A stretch of DNA of 64,000 nucleotides, taken from positions 46,364 through 110,363 of IMG/VR virus record IMGVR_UViG_3300033064_001806, one strand, 5' to 3'. Source of the stretch: a virus. Shown piece after piece: positions 18,363 to 27,552 of this stretch (within the stretch, counting starts at the first letter, position 1; every line of letters begins with the position of its first letter). A program made the translations under genes and the position numbers. Below the pieces are notes generated by a model that was not told where the DNA came from, searched no databases, and worked only from the letters and a program-made list of their open reading frames with translations.

Positions 18363-19868
18363 ATGTGCGGTATAATAGCAACCGTCGGTTATACTAAAAC
18401 TGACGTTGATAATATGTTGGAAACCATCGCTCACCGTGGTAAAGATAACCGTGGTATAAAAGAATTTTCTTGGGGCGATAGAAAAGTTATACTTGGACAT
18501 AATCGTCTTGCCATTAACGATACTTCTGCCGCAGGCAATCAACCGATGGAATGGGAAGGTATTCACTTAGTAGTTAATGGCGAAATATGGAATTATCCTG
18601 AACTAAGAAAAGAATACGAAGAAAGGGGATATAAGTTTAAATCAAATTCAGATTCAGAACTTATACTGTTTGTGTACAAAGAACAAGAATTGAAAAGACT
18701 TAACGGTATGTTTTCTTTTGTTATTTGGGATAACGGAAAGCTAATTCTTTCACGTGATTGGGTTGGTAAGTTACCACTCTATATTTTTAACAATAACACT
18801 TACATTATTGCAAGTGAAATAAAATCTATTGTTAAACAATTACCGAACGCTGACATTAAGTTTGTACCGAAAAATTCTTTGATTGAAATTGATCTGAGTA
18901 CCGATAAAATAATAGTTCATAAAGATTACTATTTTAACTTTTCAAACGAAACAACTTCACCCGAAACACATGAAGAATGCAGTACAACAACGTACAATCT
19001 ACTGGAGAACGCGGTAAGTAAAAGATTGTTATCTGATGTACCTATTGCAACTTCGTTGTCTGGTGGGATTGATTCCGCTGTTATAACGTATTTGTTATCT
19101 ACTAAAATACCAAACTTAAAAGCCTATACAATTGCTTTTGATGAAGATTCACCTGACTTGAAATATGCAAGAATAGTTGCAAAACATTTAGGTGTTCAAT
19201 TGGTTGAAGTTTTAGTTCCAAGAAACGTGGAACTCTTGAAGCAAAGATTTTTAGAATCAATACGAGTTATTGAATATCCATCTACAGTTCAAATGCAAGT
19301 TGGTATTCTACAATCGTTTATAGCAGAACAAATGGCAAAGGATGGAATAAAAGTTGCGTTTAGTGGTGAAGGTTCTGATGAAGCGTATGGTTCTTATGGA
19401 ATGATACGGATGTTTAGTAAGAAGCCAGACTGGTCGGATATTAGAAAGAAATTATTTGAAAAGCAATACTATGGTAATTTATTACGCGGTAATACTGTTT
19501 TCATGTATTACGGAACAATAGAATTACGTTGCCCGTTTTTCGATATTGATTTTTTAGATTACACTACTAACTTAACGAACGAATTTTTATCTGATAAATC
19601 TCAATGGAAACTTCCACTCGCAGATGCATTTAGACCGTACTTGCCTAAAGAAGTTATTGAACAAGAGAAACGTGCTTTTCAAAAAGGTACAAACTTCAAA
19701 GGATATATTGAAGATATAATTCTAAATGATAAAGAAATAAACTTTCGTAATAGAAAAAAGATGCTTCATGTAATTGGTGATAACTTTGAAAAGATTCATG
19801 GATTTTCACATAAGAAAATGAAGGGCGAACTTATTGGTAATAATAGTGGAATATTCAAATGGATTTAA
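18363..19868 (+). CDS. asparagine synthase-like glutamine amidotransferase (Ntn + PP-loop)
   Basis: N-terminal 'MCGI', 'HRGKD', 'HNRLAI', 'NGEIWN', 'SLSGGIDS', 'SGEGSDE'. Confidence 0.9.
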   Translation: MCGIIATVGYTKTDVDNMLETIAHRGKDNRGIKEFSWGDRKVILGHNRLAINDTSAAGNQPMEWEGIHLVVNGEIWNYPELRKEYEERGYKFKSNSDSELILFVYKEQELKRLNGMFSFVIWDNGKLILSRDWVGKLPLYIFNNNTYIIASEIKSIVKQLPNADIKFVPKNSLIEIDLSTDKIIVHKDYYFNFSNETTSPETHEECSTTTYNLLENAVSKRLLSDVPIATSLSGGIDSAVITYLLSTKIPNLKAYTIAFDEDSPDLKYARIVAKHLGVQLVEVLVPRNVELLKQRFLESIRVIEYPSTVQMQVGILQSFIAEQMAKDGIKVAFSGEGSDEAYGSYGMIRMFSKKPDWSDIRKKLFEKQYYGNLLRGNTVFMYYGTIELRCPFFDIDFLDYTTNLTNEFLSDKSQWKLPLADAFRPYLPKEVIEQEKRAFQKGTNFKGYIEDIILNDKEINFRNRKKMLHVIGDNFEKIHGFSHKKMKGELIGNNSGIFKWI

Positions 19869-20698
19869 TACAAACACCGATTGAGGAATACGAACTCAAA
19901 GGAAAGAAAGTTTGGGTTAAACGTGATGATTTAATAGGTGATGGGATAAATTATCCAAGGTGGGCAAAGATAGAAGGAATTAAACAAATTCTAAGAAGCC
20001 CTGCTGTTGATAAAAACAAACCATTAACTCACCTTTCAGTATACGGTAGTTGGACAGGCTGGGTTTTATCTAAACTTTGTAAAGAAGAAGGTATAGAATT
20101 TATTTCTTCTTATCCAGATACAAAGAAATTCCCACCGAGTTTAATTGAAAGAGTAATGGCAAATGGTGGAAAATTAAATCCACTTAAACCAAACATAATG
20201 GCAATACTAAACAATCGTGTAAAGAAACAGGCAATAGAAAACGGGTGGCAAATGTTACCATATGCGTTCAATCATCCAATGTACATTGCACACATGGGTA
20301 GTAGAATGAAAGAAGTATTGGCGGATAATGATTTTGACCACTTGGTTGTTTCAATGGGAAGTGGTGTAACGTGTTCTGGACTTATAAATTCATTCTTACA
20401 TTATACAGATTGGCGAGATGTTGTTAGTAACAGAAGGCAAGTTCATGGTATTACAATGTCATCGATAAAATCAACAAGAAAAATATTAGAACAAAATGGA
20501 GCAGGTGGTAATAATAATATTCACATTTATAAATCACCATTTGCTTTTGACGATATGATGTTGGATTATTCAGTACCGTTTGATTGTAATGAGTTTTGGG
20601 ATAAAAAAATGTGGTTCTGGTTAGAAGAAAACATTGGGAAATTAGACGGAAAAGTATTATTTTGGAATATTGGCGGTTCATATTTACAATCGATTTAA
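19859..20698 (+). CDS. PLP-dependent fold-type II enzyme (ACC deaminase / D-cysteine desulfhydrase-like)
   Basis: 'TPIE...VWVKRDDL...AK', phosphate loop 'SMGSGVT', C-terminal 'VLFWNIGG'. Confidence 0.75.
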   Translation: MDLIQTPIEEYELKGKKVWVKRDDLIGDGINYPRWAKIEGIKQILRSPAVDKNKPLTHLSVYGSWTGWVLSKLCKEEGIEFISSYPDTKKFPPSLIERVMANGGKLNPLKPNIMAILNNRVKKQAIENGWQMLPYAFNHPMYIAHMGSRMKEVLADNDFDHLVVSMGSGVTCSGLINSFLHYTDWRDVVSNRRQVHGITMSSIKSTRKILEQNGAGGNNNIHIYKSPFAFDDMMLDYSVPFDCNEFWDKKMWFWLEENIGKLDGKVLFWNIGGSYLQSI

Positions 20699-20714
20699 TA
20701 TAAATAAAGGAGTT

Positions 20715-21227
20715 ATGAAAATGGCACAGACGTGGCAAAGAAGATGGGATGAGAGTTTGGCTGAGGAATCATTTAAGAACAGATTAAATTTACCTATTAC
20801 GTATGTAAAGTTAAGTCCAGACGCAGTTAAACCAGAATACTCACAAGACGGTGATGCTGGTATGGATTTAACAGCGACTTCATTTAGAGTTACAGATACT
20901 TTTATGGAATTTGGAACTGGTATTGCGGTACAGATTCCAGCGAATCATGTTGGACTTTTATTTCCAAGAAGTTCAATTACAAAAGCAGCAGCAGGAGTTT
21001 CATTGAAAAATTCTGTTGGTGTTATAGATTCAAATTATCGTGGTGAAATCCTTGTGAGATTTGAATTGCCTTATTCAGGAGCGGTGGGTGGAACTATTCC
21101 AGTTGTTGGCGATAGAGTTGCACAATTGGTTATTATTCCGTATCCAAGAGTAAAATTCGTAGAAGTAGAGAAACTATCCGATACAAACCGTGGCCAAGGT
21201 GGGTTTGGTTCAACGGATAAACAATAA
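20715..21227 (+). CDS. dut: trimeric dUTPase
   Basis: 'DAGMDL', 'PRSS', 'GVIDSNYRGEI', 'RVAQL', 'RGQGGFGST'; start moved to ATG after AAGGAG. Confidence 0.95.
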   Translation: MKMAQTWQRRWDESLAEESFKNRLNLPITYVKLSPDAVKPEYSQDGDAGMDLTATSFRVTDTFMEFGTGIAVQIPANHVGLLFPRSSITKAAAGVSLKNSVGVIDSNYRGEILVRFELPYSGAVGGTIPVVGDRVAQLVIIPYPRVKFVEVEKLSDTNRGQGGFGSTDKQ

Positions 21228-21274
21228 ATTATATATTTATAGTAAACAAATTCGTTTACTCATAGAGAAGCATT

Positions 21275-21904
21275 ATGTCAAAACTAAGTAACATATTAAA
21301 AGAAAGTGGTTTATCGAGATTGGTTTACCACATGGAAATGCACGATTGCGGTACAATTACAGCCTTCCGCTCTAAAGAAGGGTGTGGTTTACCTGAAGAT
21401 TTACCGTATGCTCTACAAGATAACAAAAAAAGAAATGCACAATTAAAAGCAAAACTTGAAATGATGGGGTATGGAACAACAGCAGTTAAAGGTGCTTACA
21501 TTGAAAACTACGGAACACCTGAAGCAATTGAAGTACGTGAAGATGTTTTCTTTGTTGTGGATTTACAAGATAAAGGAAAACTTGAAGCAGATTTAAGAAG
21601 ATTGGGTGAAGAGTATATGCAAGATTCTATTTTGCTTATACCAAGGGGCGGTGATGGTTCTATTCTAATCGGTACAAACCAGTGTTCAGATTATCCAGGA
21701 TATGGAAGAACAATGCAATTCAATGATAGACAAATGGGCAAAGGTGGGCAATTCATGACAAAAGTAAAAGGCAGACCTTTTATATTTGAATCTGACTTGC
21801 TTGAACAAATTGGAAACCATAACTATTATAGTGTTGCAAACAACATGGGTAAGTGGGCAATGAAAACTATTGCAAATAAAAATTGGAAAGATATACAAAT
21901 TTAA
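21275..21904 (+). CDS. putative SAM lyase (T3 SAMase-like) with N-terminal leader
   Basis: Ordered motifs 'ITAFRS', 'NKKR', 'GAYIE', 'VRED', 'YMQDSIL' match T3 SAMase 'VSAFRS', 'NMSR', 'GCYRE', 'TEEK', 'WEQDCVL' as I recall them; leader MSKLSNILKE; ATATTTATA at 21233. Confidence 0.7.
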   Translation: MSKLSNILKESGLSRLVYHMEMHDCGTITAFRSKEGCGLPEDLPYALQDNKKRNAQLKAKLEMMGYGTTAVKGAYIENYGTPEAIEVREDVFFVVDLQDKGKLEADLRRLGEEYMQDSILLIPRGGDGSILIGTNQCSDYPGYGRTMQFNDRQMGKGGQFMTKVKGRPFIFESDLLEQIGNHNYYSVANNMGKWAMKTIANKNWKDIQI

Positions 21905-21926
21905 TTTTAATATTAAAGGTATTACT

Positions 21927-22211
21927 ATGAGTCGTTCATATAGAAAAACTTCCATAATTGGAAATGCTGGTTCTTCTGAAAAAATGGATAAAATTATAGC
22001 ACATCGTAAGAGTAGAAAACATATTAAAGACCATATTACAGCAACACATTGTAATTTAGAATTGTTAGAAGAAATAATGATGCCAAAAGACGATTATTTT
22101 TCTAATCCTTGGAATTCATCGAAAGATGGAAAAACTTATTGGGATATAACTGAAAATGAAAATGATGAAGATTGGCTAAAAAAATTAAAGAAAAAAATCA
22201 TGAGGAAGTAA
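21927..22211 (+). CDS. small basic hypothetical protein
   Basis: MSRSYRKT...'KDGKTYW'. Confidence 0.6.
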   Translation: MSRSYRKTSIIGNAGSSEKMDKIIAHRKSRKHIKDHITATHCNLELLEEIMMPKDDYFSNPWNSSKDGKTYWDITENENDEDWLKKLKKKIMRK

Positions 22212-22216
22212 TTGTT

Positions 22217-22516
22217 ATGGAAGTTTTATTAGTAGAACCGAAAACAAATAAGTTTACTGCTTATTTGTATGATGGTACAACCGCAGCAGCAAATGAAGCA
22301 TGCTTAAAGTGGCCATGTGTTATGACTGCAAGTAACAGTTATAAAGATAAATGGGTTTTGAAGTTTGAAGCATCGAGGGAAGAGTGCTTACCTGGTCAAT
22401 ATATTGTTAACGAAAGTAGAGGGTATTCCATTTATTCACAAAAGCAATTCTTAGAAAAGTACGAAGTGGTTTACGATAACCGAAATAAAATTGGTAACTT
22501 TTTAGCAGAAGATTAA
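22217..22516 (+). CDS. hypothetical protein (PGDYG/SH3-like)
   Basis: 'CLPGQYIV...YSIYSQKQFLEKYE'. Confidence 0.5.
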   Translation: MEVLLVEPKTNKFTAYLYDGTTAAANEACLKWPCVMTASNSYKDKWVLKFEASREECLPGQYIVNESRGYSIYSQKQFLEKYEVVYDNRNKIGNFLAED

Positions 22517-22528
22517 TATAGGAATGTT

Positions 22529-22630
22529 ATGTATTTAGATTACTTTGACAAGTTCAAAGGAATGAGTCCTTACCTTGCGATTGATAAAGCAAAATTTGCA
22601 GAACCAATGTGGATATTCAAAAAGGCATAA
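22529..22630 (+). pseudogene. 33-codon ORF, probable internally deleted methyltransferase remnant
   Basis: MYLDYFDKFKGMSPYLAIDKAKFAEPMWIFKKA; the C-end EPMWIFKK resembles the EPIFIFRKP / EPAFIFIKP ends of the two MTases. Confidence 0.45.
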
Positions 22631-25147
22631 ATGTATCAAAATATATTTGTTAAAACAAATACAAAAGAAGCATGGGTATGGGATGATGCTAAAGGACTTT
22701 TGTATTTTAACTATACTCCATATGCCTACCGTAGAGATTCAAACGGTAAGTTTGTTTCATTGTATGGCGATAAATTATCTAAGATAACTCAATTCACAAA
22801 GAATGATCCAGACTTATTTGAATCTGATGTTGCTGAAACTACGCGCATTCTTGTTGATATGTACCATGAATCCGATATTCCATCGAAAGGAATTGTTACA
22901 ATGACATTCGATATTGAGGTTGAAATGATTACAGGTACACCAGATGCAACTGAGGGTAACAATGAAATAACTTCTATAGCTTACCATGATTCAGCAACTA
23001 ACCATTACACTATGTTAGTGTTGGATAAACAGAAGCGATTGAAAAATAGAACTACGGATAATAAAACAATAGTTTCTTGTCCAGATGAAAAAACACTTCT
23101 ACTTAAATTCTTAGCAGGAATAGAAGAAATTCAACCGCACATTATGACTGGTTGGAATTGTGATGCATTCGATATTCCATATTTGCATAACAGAATAAAG
23201 AGAGTTCTTGGTAAGAAGCAAGCACATCGTATGTCACCTATAAATGAAATGTATTTTTCGCCTTATAGAAATCGATGGAGCATTGCTGGTATTTCTGTGT
23301 TGGATTACATGACTGTTTATAAAAAGTTCTCTTATAAAGAACTACCATCGTATGCACTTAATGCGGTTTGTATGACTGAGTTAGGACGTGGTAAGGTTGA
23401 GTATGAAGGTAACTTAGATGATTTGATGGAAAACGATATTGAAACTTTTATAGAATATAATATAACTGACGTTGAACTTGTTCTTGAATTAGACAAGAAG
23501 TTGCAGTATATAGACTTAGTGCGTGGTATTTGTCACGTTGGTCATGTTCCATACGAGGATTTTGTTTACTCTTCAAAGTATCTTGAGGGTGCTTTGTTAT
23601 CGTACCTTAAAAATGTTGGAAGTGTTGTAGCACCGAATAAGCCAGCTGATAGACAAGAGAAGATGGCAGAGTTACGAGAGAGTGGTCAACAAGGTTTTAT
23701 TGGTGCTTTTGTTAAAGACCCAATTCCCGGCCGCTACGAATGGATGTATGACTTGGATTTAACTTCTCTGTATCCATCCATTATTATGACTTTGAATATT
23801 TCTCCAGAAACAAAGATTGCTAAAATCGATAACTGGTCTGCTGAAGATTTTATTCGTGGTAACATTGAAGAATATTCCGTTGCTGGTGAAATGGTTTCAA
23901 AAGAAAAGTTAAAAGCGTTTTTGGATAAATACAAATATACCGTTGCTTCCAATGGGGTGATGTATAGTTCCGATAAGGTTGGATTGATTCCTGCAATTCT
24001 AAGTGATTGGTTTGACAAGCGGGTTCAGTATAAAGATGAAATGAAAAAATGGGGTAAAGAAGGTGATACAGCGAAGTATGAATTCTATAAGAAAAGACAA
24101 CTTGTTCAAAAGATTCTACTCAACTCACTCTATGGTGTGCTTGGTTTGCCTGCATTTCGCTTCTATGATATTGATAATGCGGAAGCAGTTACACTTTCTG
24201 GTCAGACTGTAATTAAGAAAACAGAAGCAGCGATTAACATGAAATATAACAAAGAACTGATAACAGATAATATTGATTACGTACAATATGTTGATACCGA
24301 TTCTGTCTTTGTTTCTTGTTTACCGTTGGTAAAGAATAGATTTCCTGATATTGATACTAACGATATTGAGTTGATGACTCCAAAGATTTATGAGATTGCA
24401 ACCGAAGTTCAAGATTATGTAAATGAGTTCTACAATATATTTGCAAAGAAAGTATTCAACACGGATAAACATCGCTTAGAAATTAAACAAGAGATGATTG
24501 GACGTACAGGTTTCTGGCAAAAGAAAAAGCGATATGCATTATGGATTATTTCTGACAACGGTGTTCCGATGGACAAGTTGGAAGTTAAGGGATTGGATAT
24601 TGTTCGCTCTTCATTTCCAAAATCATTTCAGAAGTTTATGAAGGCGGTACTAATTGATATTCTGAAAGGTAGAGATAAAGTAGAATTAGATGAAGATATT
24701 ATAAAATTCAAACGAGATTTAGGTACAGTTCTGTATGGTGAGTTGGCAAAGAACTCTTCTATAAAAGATATTAAGAAATATCAAGAACGTTTAACAGTTG
24801 ATGTTTTGGGTAAGTTTGGAAAAGGAACGCCTGCTCATATTAAAGCAGCGATGAATTATAATAACCTATTAAAGTTATTTAATTGTCCACCGAAGTTTCC
24901 AGCAATTAAAAACGGTGATAAAGTTAAGTGGGTATATTTAAAAAATAACTCATACGGTTTAGAACTATTAGCATTCAGAGGAGATTCAGATCCAGTAGAA
25001 ATTATAGAATTTATTAAAAATTACTTTGATGCAAACGAATTATTTGTATCGGAGTTGGATGGTAAACTAAGAGGTTTCTATGAATCAATGAAGTGGGAGT
25101 TCCCAACGGAAAGTAAAAAGGTTGCACAAAAGTTTTTTACTTTCTAA
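22631..25147 (+). CDS. family B DNA polymerase (gp43-like)
   Basis: Exo 'FDIE', 'GWN...FDIPY', 'YNITD'; pol 'DLTSLYPS', 'KILLNSLYG', 'YVDTDS', 'KKRY'. Confidence 0.97.
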   Translation: MYQNIFVKTNTKEAWVWDDAKGLLYFNYTPYAYRRDSNGKFVSLYGDKLSKITQFTKNDPDLFESDVAETTRILVDMYHESDIPSKGIVTMTFDIEVEMITGTPDATEGNNEITSIAYHDSATNHYTMLVLDKQKRLKNRTTDNKTIVSCPDEKTLLLKFLAGIEEIQPHIMTGWNCDAFDIPYLHNRIKRVLGKKQAHRMSPINEMYFSPYRNRWSIAGISVLDYMTVYKKFSYKELPSYALNAVCMTELGRGKVEYEGNLDDLMENDIETFIEYNITDVELVLELDKKLQYIDLVRGICHVGHVPYEDFVYSSKYLEGALLSYLKNVGSVVAPNKPADRQEKMAELRESGQQGFIGAFVKDPIPGRYEWMYDLDLTSLYPSIIMTLNISPETKIAKIDNWSAEDFIRGNIEEYSVAGEMVSKEKLKAFLDKYKYTVASNGVMYSSDKVGLIPAILSDWFDKRVQYKDEMKKWGKEGDTAKYEFYKKRQLVQKILLNSLYGVLGLPAFRFYDIDNAEAVTLSGQTVIKKTEAAINMKYNKELITDNIDYVQYVDTDSVFVSCLPLVKNRFPDIDTNDIELMTPKIYEIATEVQDYVNEFYNIFAKKVFNTDKHRLEIKQEMIGRTGFWQKKKRYALWIISDNGVPMDKLEVKGLDIVRSSFPKSFQKFMKAVLIDILKGRDKVELDEDIIKFKRDLGTVLYGELAKNSSIKDIKKYQERLTVDVLGKFGKGTPAHIKAAMNYNNLLKLFNCPPKFPAIKNGDKVKWVYLKNNSYGLELLAFRGDSDPVEIIEFIKNYFDANELFVSELDGKLRGFYESMKWEFPTESKKVAQKFFTF

Positions 25148-25156
25148 ATAATTCAG

Positions 25157-25164
25157 TATATTTG
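25157..25164 (+). promoter_or_regulatory. -7 promoter element TATATTTG
   Basis: Intergenic, upstream of the clamp gene. Confidence 0.55.
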
Positions 25165-25195
25165 TGGAAATTATTATTATAAAAGGATTCGTGTT

Positions 25196-25915
25196 ATGGA
25201 AAAATCAAAGTTATTAAACTTCATTAGTAAATATCACTTGGGTAAATTAGTTCAATCTGTTGCTTGGAATGCAAACGGTGGATTAGCAACTCGTTTTATT
25301 TCTGATGACAAATGCGTAGTAGGAGAAGTTAAGTTAAAAAGTTTCAGCGGTCAAGTAGCAAAGTTTGGTGTGTATGATACAAACTTACTTACAAGTCTTC
25401 TTGGTGTTCTTGGTAACACTATTGAATTTAAAATCAATGGTGCAGACGATAAAGCATTCGCTTTAACATTAAGTGATAAATCCACAACTGTTAATTATAT
25501 GTTAGCTGATTTGGCAGTTATTCCACCGGCACCGGAGTTGAAAGAACTTCCACCATTTGAATTAGAAATGTCAATTACAAAAGATTTTATTGATAAATTT
25601 ATCAAAGCTAAATCTGCTTTATCTGATATTGAGAAGTTTACTATTCTTAAAAACGGTAAGACTAATAAATGGCAAATTGTAATTGGTTATGCTAACATAA
25701 ACTCCAATAGAATTTCAATTGATATTGATTGTATTTGTGAACAAGATTTTGAACCAATTTCTTTTTCAGCAAAGTATTTCAAAGAAATTCTATCAGCAAA
25801 TAAAGATTTGAACGGTGGTTCAATGAAAGTTTCCTCACAAGGTTTAGCAAAAGTTGAATTTGATATTGACGATTTTGAATCAAGATATTTCTTAGTAAAA
25901 TTGGAAAACAATTAA
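25196..25915 (+). CDS. sliding clamp (gp45-like)
   Basis: 239 aa between PolB and clamp loader; 'FGVYD..LL..L', 'VSSQGLAKVEF...YFLV'. Confidence 0.75.
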   Translation: MEKSKLLNFISKYHLGKLVQSVAWNANGGLATRFISDDKCVVGEVKLKSFSGQVAKFGVYDTNLLTSLLGVLGNTIEFKINGADDKAFALTLSDKSTTVNYMLADLAVIPPAPELKELPPFELEMSITKDFIDKFIKAKSALSDIEKFTILKNGKTNKWQIVIGYANINSNRISIDIDCICEQDFEPISFSAKYFKEILSANKDLNGGSMKVSSQGLAKVEFDIDDFESRYFLVKLENN

Positions 25916-27549
25916 TGAAAAAGTATTTCTATGAAAAAAGTGATATTCTGTCCTGGCCATCAAACATAACGTATGGTGAACTGGTTACATTTGACGATAA
26001 CAGGTTTTATGAATGGGCAGAAGATTTACGAATGAGGATTCTAACTGATTGGGATAACAATGGGAAACCGCCAGTCGTTGGTAGAACTGAGGAAGAGATT
26101 AATCAATCATTCTCGAAACTCCGTCAGTTCAACGCTTCATCTATTTTTCATAGTGTGGAAGACGGCAATGACTCTGATATGATTGGAGTCATTGCTAATT
26201 TCACAAAAATTGGTTCTGCTGCAAATCAATTCTTTCCAACAATGCTAAAAACTAAAATTGCATCTGGCATGGGAAGTGATTCTGGTAAATCGATTTACGA
26301 TTATTTTACAGACTCTATGAAAGAAACATTTCATCATATTATGAAGAGAAGTGTTTACAACGATTCTATGTATTTGTACAGTAAGTCTTTATCTTCAAAT
26401 CAAGTAAAGAATCCTTACTTCAAAGAAGGTGAAACTCTTCGTGATTTCTTCATGGCGTATAAAAATGGTGATGGAAGATTCGATGGACAAGGTGTTCGTA
26501 TTTCTAAAATATCATGCACTCTACAAACTCAAAGTAAAAAATACAAAAAGTATTTAACTATAAAGGTAGATGAGATTAGACAGTTCTTAGCGGAAGGTTT
26601 GATTGATGACTTCATGTTATTTACTTTGGGTAGTCCAGCGGATTTAACTGATACATTTAATATACAAAAAGAAGGTTCGGAACCGAGGGCAAATGTTTAT
26701 ATTGTTCGTGTTTACGAAAAGAATATAAAACTATTTCCAAGTGCAATACAAGTATTTCGTATGTCATTTTGTCAACCGGCTGTAAACTTTCCACCTATGA
26801 CCGCAAAGTTTATTTATGAACACTTTACAAAACATATACCTGCAAGTGAAACAGTAACGGTATATGATCCAAGTTCTGGTTGGGGTGGAAGGATACTCGG
26901 TGCTATGTCTGTTGGCCGCCCAATGCATTATGTTGGAACAGACCCAAATACAGATAACTTTATTGATGAATTAGGAATAAGTCGTTATGAATACCTTGCA
27001 GACTTTTTTCTAAAATCAATAGGCGAGCGAGGCACAAATATATCTTCAAACTTCTTTGTTACAAATGAAAATCATACATACGAACTTTTTCAAGATGGTT
27101 CAGAAACAATTCAATTCAATCCTAAATTTCAAAAGTATAAAGGTAAGTTAGATTTTGTTTTTACTTCACCACCATACTTTAATAGAGAAATGTATTCCGA
27201 TGATGCAACTCAATCGTATAAAGCACATAGTGAGTATGCGGATTGGCGTGATAACTTTTTACGCCCAACATTAGAAACTGCGGTTGCTTATTTGAAATCA
27301 GACCGTTACCTTTGTTGGAATATAGCTGATATTAGAATTTCAACTAACAAAATAGTTCACCTTGAAAAAGATTCAATTGATATATTAGAATCATTGGGAA
27401 TGGAGTATGTAGGTAAATTTGGAATGGCAATGGGTAGAATGATTGGTAACTCTGACCAAGAAAAATTGGCTGAAAGAACTTCTAATAAAGTTTTTCATAA
27501 AGGTCAATGGTGGAAACAAGAACCTATTTTTATTTTCCGGAAACCATAA
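25915..27549 (+). CDS. amino-group (N4-C/N6-A) DNA methyltransferase
   Basis: 'AVNFPP..AK', motif I 'YDPSSGWGGR', 'GTDPN', motif IV 'FTSPPYF'. Confidence 0.8.
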   Translation: MKKYFYEKSDILSWPSNITYGELVTFDDNRFYEWAEDLRMRILTDWDNNGKPPVVGRTEEEINQSFSKLRQFNASSIFHSVEDGNDSDMIGVIANFTKIGSAANQFFPTMLKTKIASGMGSDSGKSIYDYFTDSMKETFHHIMKRSVYNDSMYLYSKSLSSNQVKNPYFKEGETLRDFFMAYKNGDGRFDGQGVRISKISCTLQTQSKKYKKYLTIKVDEIRQFLAEGLIDDFMLFTLGSPADLTDTFNIQKEGSEPRANVYIVRVYEKNIKLFPSAIQVFRMSFCQPAVNFPPMTAKFIYEHFTKHIPASETVTVYDPSSGWGGRILGAMSVGRPMHYVGTDPNTDNFIDELGISRYEYLADFFLKSIGERGTNISSNFFVTNENHTYELFQDGSETIQFNPKFQKYKGKLDFVFTSPPYFNREMYSDDATQSYKAHSEYADWRDNFLRPTLETAVAYLKSDRYLCWNIADIRISTNKIVHLEKDSIDILESLGMEYVGKFGMAMGRMIGNSDQEKLAERTSNKVFHKGQWWKQEPIFIFRKP

Positions 27550-27552
27550 TAT

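Noticed and set aside
18363-19868. Ordinary asparagine-biosynthesis auxiliary gene
   Set aside because: Not excluded, but tight coupling between a TS homolog, a PLP enzyme and dUTPase favours a nucleotide substrate
11071-25147. Introns or inteins in RNR or PolB
   Set aside because: Both ORFs are uninterrupted, of expected size, with no intein motifs seen
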